In this document: piece after piece, positions 24,985 to 37,613 of the stretch
How positions within the stretch are numbered: position 1 is the first letter of the stretch
Layout: each line of letters starts with the position of its first letter
Assembly: GCA_965235115.1 (NCBI GenBank)
Contig: OZ249437.1
Span: 16,492,001-16,556,000, forward strand
Source: Laetmonice hystrix
Taxonomy: Eukaryota
Length of the DNA stretch: 64,000 bases
Direction of reading: 5' to 3'
Notes under the pieces: generated by a model
Told to the model about the DNA's origin: nothing
The model's database searches: none
Seen by the model: only the letters and a program-made list of their open reading frames with translations
Position numbers and translations under genes: made by a program

Positions 24985-25205
24985 CAGGGCATCCGCCAGA
25001 GGGGGGGACGGGGGGGATTTATCCCCCCCATGATTGGGACATGGGGGGGATATCCCCCCCCATAAATCTGCAGAGCAGTGTCTTTTTTTTAAGCTATTCT
25101 CGCTCTGAGAGGCCAGAAAAACGCATCTCCGGAGTTCATGAAAAAAAAATTTCGGGGGGAGGGCCCCCAGACCCCCCCATTAATTTTTTTCTGGCGGAAA
25201 CCCTG
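24985..25205. mobile_element. hAT5-like MITE (CAGGG termini, 5-bp TSD), short copy
   Basis: TIR CAGGGCATCCGCCAG / CTGGCGGAAACCCTG; TSD GCTAT on both sides; homologous to 54260-54692. Confidence 0.8.
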
Positions 25206-27523
25206 GCTATATTGCAACACACCCCAGCCTCCTACCCTAAAATACAGAAGGCAACAAAAAATGCCCCCACTGCCCTAGTTGAGATGCTGATTCTAGTAGG
25301 CCTAGTAATCGTAGTACATGTATCCTATCTCAGTCCTCAGGCACTCTATCCTAGCTGAGTTCCTAATCGTATCCTATCTCACTCCCCAGCCACTTTATCC
25401 TGGCCGGGTTCTCAATCATAGTAGGCCTATCCTCTCTCAGTCATCAGTCCCGAACTTTTTTTTTTTTTTTTTTTGCGGATTGCTTGGTCACCCAACCGCA
25501 AGGCGACCGCAGCGGTGGATCATATCTTGGATCAGCCGACGGACACGCTGCGGTCGACCGCAGGTCGTTTTGTCCCCTGCGGACATATCAAACACGATCG
25601 GCGGAGGTTAAGTGTTTTCAGCTCGTGTTTTCAGCTCGTGTCCCATCCCTTTCTGACTAGCCCAGCTATTCCCTGCTAGAGTATTATAGCCTATATAGGC
25701 CTACCCTGAGCCCTCTCCCTAGGCGTCCCCCGACTTATCTTGCTGCCATTCTTTAGCATTTCAAACTGTCTGTTTTGCACGATCTGGCCGGGGACAAAGT
25801 TAACAACATGATTTTATAATAACAGTTATCTTAACCCTGAAGCATGTGCGTAGAGAGTCTAATCACATGGTTGCCAAAGAGACGTAGGTACCTCAGCACT
25901 ACTTGTGCCGAGAACGTGTGGCTAAATTGTTTCTGGAATTCCCCAACCCCGTGGTCATTAATCAAAGTACTCCACCCTCTTCCAGCACATGCTGGTGAAT
26001 CACTACTAACCTAACCTAACTACAAATGTACAGTATATCAAATTGACTATAAAGTCATGTTCCTGCCATCAGAGCCCTCTAGCGGCAAAAGGGCATTTTA
26101 TATCCCAGGCTTTCGTGATATAGTCCAGCAGATACGTGAGTGAATTGTTCCTTTGATGATAAAAACATGAGTTTTGGCATAGAGATATAGGTCATGTCCA
26201 AGGGAAGATTTTGAGATGTAGGGTCATCGCAGATTTTTCCAATAGCCAATATATGGGGACCATTTTTCTGAGGACATCTTTGATTGGTCACCTCATAGAA
26301 TGGGAACAGTTGTCATAGGAAGTCGTACAATAGCCTACACTGTTTTCTGGGTGATTTGGGGTCGCTGAATTCATTTCTGACATTAATCTTTACAATTTGA
26401 GTGCGTTTTAAGGTCAAATAGCGGCCATCCGCATACCTAACCTGTAACTATTTTGTCATTTAGGCTACTTGGTGTGGTGCGTTGCCTGCAGTAGGCCTAT
26501 AGCGAATAAATCCTCTACGAAGTTTGCTCCCCACAAACATATAATTGGACTATTCATTTCACTGTATACGGTAGTATAGGACTAATCCGATATAGGACTG
26601 TATACCGCCTGCAGAGTTTAGGCCTATATATTTCGAAACATCCCGCCGTTGGTTAGACGTAGAACCATGCCTGTTATAGCCTATGTGGGCCACCCATATA
26701 TATAGATCTAGGCATGATGCGTGTGCATATAGGAGGGCATTGCCCCGTTGAATGGCGTTGTTGACAAGATGTATAAAATTAGTGGCGAGGCGAGGCGCTT
26801 GAGATGCCACTGGTGTCTGCTAATTCTTATTAGGGCAATTTAGTGGTTATATTTTCGGGGTAGGCCATTAAGTTACGCCCAATAAAGTCTCTAATGTTTC
26901 TCTCTGAGATATTATAGGTATATGTGTAGGCCTAATGCAACCTGTACTTCAATATAGGTTGGAAATAATTTTGCACTTAAAAATTACGTAGTTTTGCCTA
27001 AAGTAAATGTCAGTTTAATGTTACAGTTACACTAATGTAGATATGCATAATAAATTCGTTAACATTTTTTCTTTATATGCAGGTATTATGGTTGAAATCT
27101 GACCTCTGTGACGAAAGTACCAGAATGTTTTCAATAATGTGTTGTTCGTTACAAAATAGCGATATTTTTATTACAATGACCAAAACCTTACCTGATATCT
27201 GTAATTTCCAACATAAATGCATACTAATGCCACTGGTTTAAACTTAATAATGTTTATTTGGAACTGGGATGGAGAAAAAAGTTTGGGTGTTATCATATAT
27301 GAAAATAGGTATGAATCCTTTTGCATGCTGTTATTTCCGGAAATTTTTGTCCTGTCCATACCCCATGGGGCATCTCGCTACTCTAAAAGCAGCTACTTGC
27401 GCCATATTGTGCATGTGTAGCCCTTCTTTGAACGTCCTTAAATACAATATTTATAAGAGGTTTCACGCTGTTGCGTCCTGAAAAACAAGACAAAACTCGC
27501 ATTTTGTCCTGTCCGTCCCCGTC

Positions 27524-27892
27524 GTCCTGTCCGTACCCCCTTGCTATAGGCTTTAATTTGATGAAGTTTTATCAAGTAAATATGACAATATGTTGATTAT
27601 TTACTACCGGATAAACTGTAAAGGCAATAATACATTTAGTTCATGCAATATTTCGCTCCAACTTTTAATACAAGGGAAATATACTGACGGGTTATGCACC
27701 ACCTAAACTTATATGCTTCAAAAATGTATTTTAGTTCAGTAAATCTGGTGCTAATATTGTGATTACTGCATTAATTTGCAATACTTGCTATTATATGTAT
27801 AACTATAAGAAATTTAAAAGCTATCCGATTTCTGCTTTAATTTAATAGGCAACACTGTAACCCGAAAATAATGAAGGGGGTACGGACAGGAC
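27524..27892. mobile_element. MITE-like segment bounded by inverted GTCCTGTCCGTACCCCCTT
   Basis: The motif occurs near 27524 and inverted near 27876; further direct copies lie near 27347, 27505 and 28580. Confidence 0.45.
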
Positions 27893-27949
27893 ATTATTAT
27901 AAAGTGAAGGATGTGTGAACATAATCAGTTTCTGTTTGCATATATTGCA

Positions 27950-28530
27950 GTGAGTGAGTAGTGGTGGTTTTCCGCCGTTTCGGCACCCGGGGCCATCTTT
28001 ATGGCGAAAACAGGGTTAAAAGACCATAAAGTGAATGAAACCCATTTTATCCCGGGCCCCAACGGGAATTGAAACACACTCCATCCTGTCAGCCCAACTG
28101 GGCTATCAAGGAGACTGAACTATAAAAGAGTCAGAAGTCCAACTTCTGGCAAAAACTCTAAAATCACATAGTGGTCTGACATTGCTAAAAAGGTCCTTAA
28201 GACTTGTCTCATTTAAAACCGTTGTCTGATCAGAGTAAAATCACCACACTCAAGTAAAAGATGCTTCAGTGTCAAAGGACATTGACAGCCATGACATTCT
28301 GGAGGTGGCTCCCCCTTTAATAAAAACACGTGGATTAATCTAGAATGACCAACTCTGCATCGAGTAAAAACAATTTCATGCCTACGTTGGGTTAGGCCGT
28401 GAAGACACCTTTGGTTCACGACGGGACTGATCTGATACAATTTATTGTTTGGTTGTTCATCCAATTCGGCTTGCCATTTGTTCTTAACATAAGCCCAGAT
28501 GGTATTGGTAGGTCTGAGATCAGATTGGAC
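27950..28530 (-). mobile_element. 5'-truncated LINE fragment (I/Nimb-like clade), ORF2 C-terminus and 3' UTR, frameshifted
   Basis: Translation RRHEIVFTRCRVGHSRLIHVFLLKGEPPPECHGCQCPLTLKHLLLEC has the CCHC knuckle typical of RNase-H-bearing LINE ORF2 ends. Frameshifted continuation ...SLKDLFSNV...ILEFLPEVGLL*. The 3' end is ATGGCCCCGGGTGCCGAAACGGCGG followed by a (CACT)n-like tail. Confidence 0.75.
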
Positions 28531-30687
28531 ACGGTTTGACATCTGTTTCAAGAGCCCTCTTGGTCATTTGACGATCTGAATTTGGTTTGTCGGCAGCCCT
28601 GTCCTGTCCGTACCCCCATGGGACACATGTTATTCGAAACCTGGTATCTCGAAAACAGAGTGCGAATGCTTCACAGGGTTTGTTATATTTGAATCCTGAC
28701 ACATTTCTGCAAAGATCATTGTATGACTTACTCCTATATTTGATGAAAAAAAAAATTGGAGCAATTTGCAAACCACTGGGTACCCTGATTGTGTGTTCAC
28801 ACTGCAAGCGTGTCGAATACCGCTTAAGACGAAGCGTACCGTTTGCTATACTTTTACTGTAATTTTTACATCCCACCCTAAAAACAGATGGTTACTGGAT
28901 AACCAGCACAGTGGTCACGTGATGACTCTCACCTGTCCCTTTCTTTGTTTATACCCGGAAGTGTCATATACCTGTGAGAGTCGGCTAATGAAACCGTGGG
29001 CATAAATGAACAATAATATAAATATACAGTCTTTGTGATAGTGAGTAGAGTGTTATGTCAAACCCGAGCCTAATTAAGTGGGATTTGTTGACATTGCTCA
29101 TGTAAACATCATCTTTGGACGCCATGCAGAGAACATGATATTATTAACTCCTTTGTAAAAGCAGTCGACATTATCATGCGGAGTAACCTCTTAGGTTGCA
29201 GACGTGTGCATTTTCCTCGAATGGACCTGTCTGAAATTATCAGGCACATACGAATCTAAACTAAAAAAAGCCAGATGGTTGTTTCTCGCGTATTTTAATT
29301 TCATTAGTGCAGTGTACAATTAATTGTTACTGTAATGTTTACATTAAGTTATTGGCGAATGAGCTGTCAGTAATTTAATGTAGCCTAAATTTTACAAGAC
29401 TATTTTTACAGTATAATTACTGTTATTTAGCTTTCCTGTAATTGGTGTTTACATTAAAGAATTTTTACTGTAATTTTCACATTAAGTTATTGGCCAATAA
29501 GCTGCCAGTAACTTAATGTAAATATTACAAGTATTTTTTACAGTGCACGCTTAAAAAGGTGGTTCAGTGTCATATCTTCCGCTTCAGAACCGTACATCAT
29601 GATGCATATTTAAAGCGACGTACAGTCTCGTTCGTTAGACAAAGGTGGGAAAACAATAAGTGAGAAAATACCTGTAGGCCTATTCAGGTTTGGCTCTAAT
29701 GACGACTCTGCCCCTATGACTGTACCCTTCATTGATAAAATAACTTCTCAAACGAAAGCTGGGGAACACCATCAATGGAGAACATATTATGTCACCCAAG
29801 AGATTATATTGGTTGTTAATTTAAGATGCTGCATGGTATAGCAAACAATGAATATAAAGGGAACCTCTGAGAACAGTGGGTAAATCCTTAATGCATCACA
29901 ACATATAGTTGGTAGTATAAATGTCTATGAGTATAGGCCTTGGCCTATAGATCTTTCTGGACGCAAATCAGAGGTAGACTCTACACAAAATAGAAATGAA
30001 CCTAAGAAGTGTCTCTGAGTAGGGCCTACTATAGCCCATAGTGAAACTAGGGGTAGGCCATATGATAACTTCATTGGCACAACCCGATCCTGCAGCCACG
30101 ACCATTGGAGACATGTGCGGGGGAGGGGAGGGCCTCTACGAGAGACACCTAACGTCAGCAGTAATTCACCGTTCTCAGTTATCACATATCTCAGTTGTCG
30201 CGTCAGTCGTCTGCCGACAGTGACCATATTTGTCAAACCTTAGTTTCCTGCGTTTCCAGAACGTCAAACACTGATTTTTCATGTCATGCTGATACCACAT
30301 CTTGCCATTTATGTCCGAGTATCCGCGCGGGATATCCCGAAGAAGGCGATTCATGAATAATGTGTGGGTGGGAGGGAACTTGCTATAATTTTGGCTTTTA
30401 GTATGTCGCGTGGGCCATGGGACGTAGGCCTATATAGTCTACATACCGTGGGCGGCCTAGGCCTATAGGCCTATGGACATAGATCCCTTCTGAGAACCCC
30501 CGATGCCGTAATATTCGGTGTGTGTGTGGGGGGGGGGGGGGTATACCATTTTGTGTTGGGGGGAAGGGCATATAACACTGCGTCATTGGAAATTATAGGT
30601 CTAGACATGGAGCCCTATACCTATATAGGTACTCTTTTTAGAGGGCATGCAGCCTATCCGAGAATCTCTTATAGGCCTAAGCGACGT

Positions 30688-32305
30688 CCCTGATAACACG
30701 CAAACGTTGGTACAACTTTGGGCCAACGTCAGTAGCTACGTTGGGCCAACGTCAGATGGCAACATTGGGCCAAAGTCAGTTTGCTCATCGGGCCCACGTT
30801 GGTGCGCCAGTTGGGCCAACGTTGAACCAGCCCATTGGGCCAACGTCAGACCACGTGCTTACAAACGTTGAGCCAACGTCAAGATGCCCGACGTTGGACC
30901 AACGACATTGGGCCACCAGTTGGCCCAACGTTTGGCACGACCTTGCTGGGTTCCCACAAGGGCACTCCAGACCGAGCCAATTTAAAAAGACTCCAAATAA
31001 AATCCTGGCTCAGGCAGAACCATTGCGTGGGTATCTATAATATCTCCTGTGCCAGTTAACCACTGACGCGTAACACCCAAACCCTGCCCTCACTATTGAT
31101 GTTTCCCGTCGGAAATCCAAATTGGTGTTTTCTATATTGGGTTGTTTAAAAACAAAATATAATCTGTACGTCCTTATCTTGTTCTTTTCACAATCAAAGA
31201 ACAAATAAAGCGTAATTTCACACAATGAATATCTGTTCTTGTATTACGTGCGAATGACTTAAAGTCGCTAAAAACTAACCTGGACTGTATTTGAGACAGT
31301 CTATATATAGTCAATCTCACTGATAGCAGCGCCACCTAGCGCCTGCTAGGTAGAGAAAAATTATAACGTTGGGCCAACATTGGTGTTCCAACTGGGTTCC
31401 AAAAAAGAGGGTGGCAATAGGACTGACTTAATACCAACATTGGGCCAACGTGGGTGTTCCAACCTGGTTCCAACAAAGAAGGTGTGAACAGTACTGACTT
31501 AATGCCAACATTGGGCCAACGTGGGTGTTCCAACCTGGTTCCAACAAAGAGGGTGGCAATAGTCCTGACTTAATGCCAACTTTGGGCCAACGTGGGTGTT
31601 TCAACTGGGTTCCAACAAAGAGGGTGGCGACAGTGTTGACTAAATTCCAACGTTGGGCCAACATGGGTGTTCCAACCGGGTCCGAACTCTAAGGCTGGCG
31701 ACAGTGCTGAATAAATGCCAACATTGGGCCAACATGGATGTTCCAACCGGGTTCCAACAAAGAGGGTGGCAATATTACCGACTAAATGCCAACATTGGCC
31801 CAACATGGGTGTTCCAACGGGGTTCCAACAAAGAAGGTGTGAACAGTACTGACTTAATGCCAACATTGGGCCAACGTGGGTGTTCCAACCGGGTTTCAAC
31901 AAAGAGGGTGGCAATAGTACCGACTAAATGCCAACATTGGGCCAACGCGGGTGTTCCAACCGGGTTTTAACAAAGAGGATGGTGATATAGTACCGACTAA
32001 ATGCCAACATTGGGCCAACGTGGGTGTTCCAACCGGGTTCCAATGAAGAGGTGGCGACAGTGCCGACTAAATTCCAACGTTGGGGCAACGTGGGTGTTCT
32101 AACCAGGTTCCAAAAAAGAGGTGCCGATAGTACCGACTATATACCGACGTGGGGCCAACGTAATTCTTTCCAACCGGACAGCATGGCAATAGTGATGACT
32201 AACTGCCAACGTTGGGCCAACGTATATTTTCCAACCGCGACGGTGGCGACAGTGCCGACCAAATGCCAACGTTGGGCCAACGTATAGGCCTACGTGTTAC
32301 CTGGG
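30688..32305. mobile_element. Non-autonomous EnSpm/CACTA-like element (CCC...GGG termini, 2-bp TSD) containing a 71-bp tandem array
   Basis: Termini CCCTGATAACACG and CGTGTTACCTGGG; GT on both flanks; dense subterminal TTGGGCCAACGT motifs at both ends. Confidence 0.7.
31365..32285. repeat. 71-bp minisatellite, about 12 copies
   Basis: Unit GCCAACATTGGGCCAACGTGGGTGTTCCAACCGGGTTCCAACAAAGAGGGTGGCAATAGTACTGACTTAAT; period measured at 31434, 31505, 31576. Confidence 0.9.
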
Positions 32306-33420
32306 GTACCTATAGGCCCTATAGGCCACAGGATAGACTAAATCTACAGGACCCCGATTTCTCGATGGGACCTGCTATACAGGCCTCCAGTAGTGCAATA
32401 TGGACCCGCCAGCAGGTACGTCTAATATAGTAATATGCATGGACCATGCCTAAAAAGAGCATAAATTTCGCCTAGAAAGATAGCAGCACCAAATCGTACG
32501 TCATGGAACATACGGCTGCAGGCCTAATCCAAAAGTTACTGAATAAACACAGTCAGGGATATTTTTGAATTTTGACAACCCCAAAAGGTCAAGAGGCATA
32601 TGTCGGAAAGAAACGGGTCCACTTTTTGGATGCTTTGTGAAATATCATGGACCTTTGAGCCATGCGCCAGAGAGAAAGGTCCATCTACACCTCTGACCCA
32701 GTGGCCTACAAAAAAGGTCCACAATTTTGGATCTTTTGTGAAATGTCTGGAGGTCTAAACCATGCACCCCCTTAGAAAAAGGTCCATTTTTTTTTAGAAA
32801 AGGTCCAAAATCTCAAATGCCCCCCCCCCCCTTGGAGATTTGATAAAAATATCCCTGACATTTACACTGATATAGTCCTACCCTAAAGTCTAAAATATGG
32901 CAGTTTGATGTTATTTTCCAATTTCATAAACATTGAGAGCTTCCAAAGGCTCCCACTGCTGGATCTAGTTTGGTGATATTTCCATGCCGCATTACGATCA
33001 TTGTGCATAACTACAATGCTGAGATGGGCTTTGGGCCTTGACGCATGTTAGCCTAAATATTAGCTCGCGGTGACTTTTTTTTCGACCAAATTCCGTGGGG
33101 GTTATATTATTACAATTTCGGACGGTCCATAACATAAGCCTACATGATGTGTCATAAAATTATAGACCGTGATTGTAAGAAAGTTTGTTGCCAAATGTGT
33201 TCATTAAAGAAAAAAGAGTTTAGAACTCTGTTTGAAAAGGTCACTTGATTCGTGCCTAAAGGGTAGGGGGGGCCTATAATTGATACACTTTCACATTTTT
33301 TCATAATTCTCGATTTTCCTTCAAAGGTGGTCCATATTACACTATCAGCTACTTTCCCGCCCAGGTAGGTTAGTAGGCTAAGGGCCAGAGTAAGGGCCAT
33401 GTTCTATGTTTGAGTTTTTT

Positions 33421-33537
33421 CGCGTTAAAAAGAAAGAAAGAAAGAAAAAAGAAGAAGAAGACAAGTCAGCCTAAAAGAAGAAGAAGCAAGGAGAAGCAGA
33501 AGCGAAGAAGAAGAAGCAGAAGAAGAAGATGAAGAAG
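33421..33537. repeat. (GAA)n / (AAAG)n purine microsatellite running into an assembly gap
   Basis: GAAGAAGAAG tracts lead directly into Ns at 33538 and resume near 33905. Confidence 0.85.
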
Positions 33538-33796
33538 NNNNNNNNNNNNNNNNNNNNNNNNNNNNNNNNNNNNNNNNNNNNNNNNNNNNNNNNNNNNNNN
33601 NNNNNNNNNNNNNNNNNNNNNNNNNNNNNNNNNNNNNNNNNNNNNNNNNNNNNNNNNNNNNNNNNNNNNNNNNNNNNNNNNNNNNNNNNNNNNNNNNNNN
33701 NNNNNNNNNNNNNNNNNNNNNNNNNNNNNNNNNNNNNNNNNNNNNNNNNNNNNNNNNNNNNNNNNNNNNNNNNNNNNNNNNNNNNNNNNNNNNNNN
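33538..33796. other. Assembly gap
   Basis: Run of N. Confidence 1.
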
Positions 33797-34083
33797 AAGT
33801 CTAAACGTTTATAGGCCTAGGCCTAGGCGTCTAGGCCTACATTAGTTTTATGCCTATCAGGACCTTTCTTTTCTTTACACCATTTTTGGTACGGCAATCA
33901 GTTTAAAAAAAGAAAGAAGAAGAAGAAAATCGACTCTGAACCATCTAGTGCAATGCTGCCCGTATCGCGGGATGCTGGAAGCGCGTGGAAAATTCCACGT
34001 GAACACGCTTGAAACGGTAGCTGGCATCGAGTAGTACGGTTGCTAAAACATAGATGTCGCTCTGGTTGACGACGAAAAGAAAC

Positions 34084-34206
34084 GACGTCATTGGCTGATT
34101 TGTCGGTGTATTCAGTCGCCATATTTGTCAAACTTTGAATCAAGGTCGTCTTGTCAAGACTCAGTTTCAACATTTCCTAATCATTGTTTGGAATGATAAG
34201 GTAAGG
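34084..34206 (+). promoter_or_regulatory. Candidate IP6K promoter and non-coding first exon
   Basis: CpG-rich patch with GACGTCA (CRE-like, 34084), inverted CCAAT (34090) and YY1-like GCCATATTT (34118), then a strong donor AG|GTAAGG at 34201. A matching acceptor TTTACAG| at 42974 lies just upstream of the IP6K ATG. The linkage is inferred only. Confidence 0.4.
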
Positions 34207-35036
34207 ATGGGTTATCTATTTCCCCGGCTGTCCGGCAGAGCATTTAAACATCAATATGGCAGTCTTACTGCCGTGGAAACGTGCCTCGCATCTATGATTC
34301 CATCGACCAAAAATGCCGATGCGATGGGAATGGCAGGCTTGTGCTGTTGTTCGTGTGGACCACCTTTCTACACGAGAATGGTGGAGATGACCGCACCAAA
34401 CAGCTGATTTTGGTCGTCGTGGTGAAGTCGCCTATAGAATTTCACATCGGTTTAATGCATTTAAATCCTCATTTTAGAAATTGAGTATTAGATTGTGATG
34501 AGATTTGGTGTACGAGTTACGTAACAGGCAAAGCCAGAGTGGATTGTGGAACGATAGATCTGACATCACTGACAATCAATCTGACAATCATTGTCCGTGT
34601 GATGCTAGCGTATTATTATCGGATCTAGATTCAGGATTGAAGTGCACTCACTCAGCTGCTCAGTCGGCCTGAACTGGGCAAACGAGAGAATGAGAACTGA
34701 CATTAGACGGCAATAGTGATACCCTCCAGGTAGATCATTTTAATCGGTAGGCTACCATTCTGTATTGATACAGTGGTTGACGGTTACCAAGACTGACAAG
34801 AGAACTCTTGTCTCAGTCATAGTAATTAGAGTCTAGTTGAAGTAGTACTGGATGAAATTTAATAGAAATCATGAATGACCCATCATGATCATTTATCATG
34901 GCCATGGCCAAGCTCACAGTCACAGGTGAGACAGAGGATTTTTGAAGTATTTTCTTTCAGAGTCTTAAAAATGGTATGTCATGACAGTTTTGTGTATAAC
35001 GTTCGAGTCTACAGATAATATTGCAAGCCGCATTAA

Positions 35037-35374
35037 CCCTTTCAGGGCGAACGATGCCTTGAGGCATTACCGTGCCAGGGCGGACGATGCCTTGAGGCAT
35101 TACCGCCCCAGGGCGGACGATGCCTTTCAAGCACTTTTTTTGTCTACTCCGACCACTCCACGTAAATCCAGCCCATTGATAGCAAAGACTGTCAATCACC
35201 CAACTACAATTGTTGAGTAGCTGTACTAACTCCTCCCCCTTACAGATTGCTATTGTCTTTTAAATCACGTTTTTCGAGACGAAAATCCAAAATGGCTCGC
35301 CCACGTGGGGTGGTGCGCAAAACTCGGTGAGCCTCTGTGACGACTGTGACGTAACAAACGTCGCCGGCATAGGG
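35037..35374. mobile_element. piggyBac-like MITE
   Basis: TTAA|CCCT...AGGG|TTAA; three 33-bp subterminal repeats CAGGGCGGACGATGCCTTGAGGCATTACCG. Confidence 0.65.
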
Positions 35375-37487
35375 TTAAGAGGGGCATGGCAAAAATTGCC
35401 GTCGTGGGCCTTGTTAAAAGGAGGGCACCAGAGGCAGAGGCGGCATTTTCAACAAGTTTGGAAAGGCACCACCAGACATGCTGAAATTCACCGGACTTCG
35501 GACAATGACGAAAAAAAATCACAATGTCCGGTAAATGCAGAGCTCTCAAGTCTCACGCATCAGGGCTTGTCCTTTGAAAAAAGCAGGTGCACAAAATTTT
35601 GTGCACCTTGAAAGAGGTAGGCGCGCATTTTTTTTTGTGCACCTAAAATGTGGTAGGCGCACAATTTATTTTTGGGTCAGATGAGGTGTAATAGTGTGTA
35701 GGCTATCCTCGCAACCGTCACACATCCCATCCGTCTTGACTTCTGTTAATGATCCACCAGAGGCACATGGTTACTGCCAGGGTACAAGCACGTAAGTATT
35801 ATATAGCCTACATTACAAGTAGTCCGAGGCACGCGAATTTTCATGTTTTATTTTTGCAAGGTGCGCGTTTTTTTGCACTCCTCTGTCCCATTTTAGGTGC
35901 GCCATGGCGCGCGCGCGCAATTGCGCACCTTAAAGGACAAGCCCTGACTCATCTCGCGGGAGTCTCAAGCATTTGGGCCCTTCCTCCCGCACTCCCGCGA
36001 GCCCCAGTGATTCTCACGCATTTTGAGATGTCCTTTGCTTATTGCTTATTTCCCTCGAAACGTAGATCTTTGGATCTGTCCTTGACTGTGCTGCCATCGC
36101 CCAGCCTTTATTGATACTACTAGCCGTCCCATCCAATCATAGTCCATTTTTCTTAGTGAGCCAATCACAGAGCCGATTTCTTAGCAAAGTCGGCAAGACG
36201 GTGAACGTCATGGTCTATACTTGAAAACAATACTATTACTAAGTGATTTCAGTGTTTAAGTGCCTTAAATATGAGATAGGAAAATCTCCCGCATTGAACC
36301 CTAATCTCCAGCAAAACAGCTGACCAGTGAATCTCCAGCAAGGGCCTCAGAGACCCTTGAGAGCTCTGTAAATGTTGGCAAAACACCGGACAAAATGTCC
36401 GGTACTATTTCAATCTAGTACCTTAAATTTGTGGTAAAAATCCCTAATTTTTCTCTGATTACACAATGAATTGACAAGTTCTATCACCAGTTCACGAAGC
36501 AAGGTAAACAAGTCCACCATAATACCAGTGTTTTTCCGGAGGTGTTATCTGTCATGGTCAGCTCAATATCATAATGTTATCATGTAAAGGGGGCCAAGCC
36601 TGGGAAGGCCAGGCCACAATAAAAACAAACGTATTGGACCACAGCCCCAAAAGAGGGCATTTCCAGATGCTTTTAAATAGTTTTGACTTTAATGTCTGGT
36701 AAATGTCCGGTGAATTGCCCCAATGTCCGGTGAATTTTAGAAATTCACCAGACATTTGTCCAGTGAAACCTCAGAAGATTTCACCATGTCTGCACCACAG
36801 CAAATTTCTCCAACTTCCAAAGAGGGGCACCAAGGCATGCACGATTTAAAGACGCGCTCTCTTCGCCGTCACCGTCAGCCAATCAGATCAGGGCCAGCGG
36901 TGTGACTCGATCTACATTTGCATGTAAACACAGTGCAGGTATTATTGGAACTGATTAGCATTTTTTCGCGGGTGACGCATTGGTCGTGAATAAGCTCACA
37001 AAGCAAAGTGTGCGCAGACCGTCGCTTCGCTGCGCCCCGCTCTGCCTGGTTTTGTGAATCCTGCCTTACCGTGCTTAGGGGCGCAAGCGCGAATGCGCCT
37101 GTCAAACGGCAAGGCCTGTACATAGCTTGGCTGAAGTCTCATGGCATGAAGGGGGGGGGGGGGAGTCAGCTTGGCCCGCTCAGTAGGGGGTTGAGGGATG
37201 GGGGTTGTCGGGGATCTCTCTAGGATAGAAATGAAGCGCTCACCTTTGGCATGCTGCCACGGGTAAAATGAAAATCATCGCACCTAATTTAATGGCCGGT
37301 GGTTCGGGGCTGCCTCGGCCCCCCAAAACTGGAGGGGTAAAGATGCTTTGACATTGAATTTCCTATGGTTAAGGACCTTCTTTGGTCCACAGCACAGCTC
37401 AAATTTAATACAGGTTAGTACCCCCCCCCCCCCCCCCCCCCCACGACGGTCATGGTCAAGACTGGCAAGAGTCTTTTGGACTACCAG

Positions 37488-37613
37488 GGCCCGGTTCACA
37501 AACAAAGCCAAGTCAATTTTAATTAACTTGAAATCCAGTTTAACCAATCAGATTTAAGTAAAATGGACTTCAAGTCAATTAAAATTGACTTGACTTTGTT
37601 TGGGAACCGGGCC
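37488..37613. mobile_element. Harbinger-like MITE (126 bp)
   Basis: TIRs GGCCCGGTTCACAAACAAAGCCAAGTCAATTTT / AAAATTGACTTGACTTTGTTTGGGAACCGGGCC; TSD CAG on both sides. Confidence 0.8.

Noticed and set aside
29280-29545. AT-rich internal direct repeat ending in TTTTTTACAGTG (CACTGTAAAAA-type terminus)
   Set aside because: Only one convincing terminus was found, so element boundaries cannot be supported.
31336-32430. Overlapping repetitive ORFs (GWNTHVGPML..., CQHWAN...)
   Set aside because: They are translations of the 71-bp array; the unit is not a multiple of 3, so frames shift every copy.
33529-33804. 91-aa ORF MKK-X...
   Set aside because: Artefact of the N gap.
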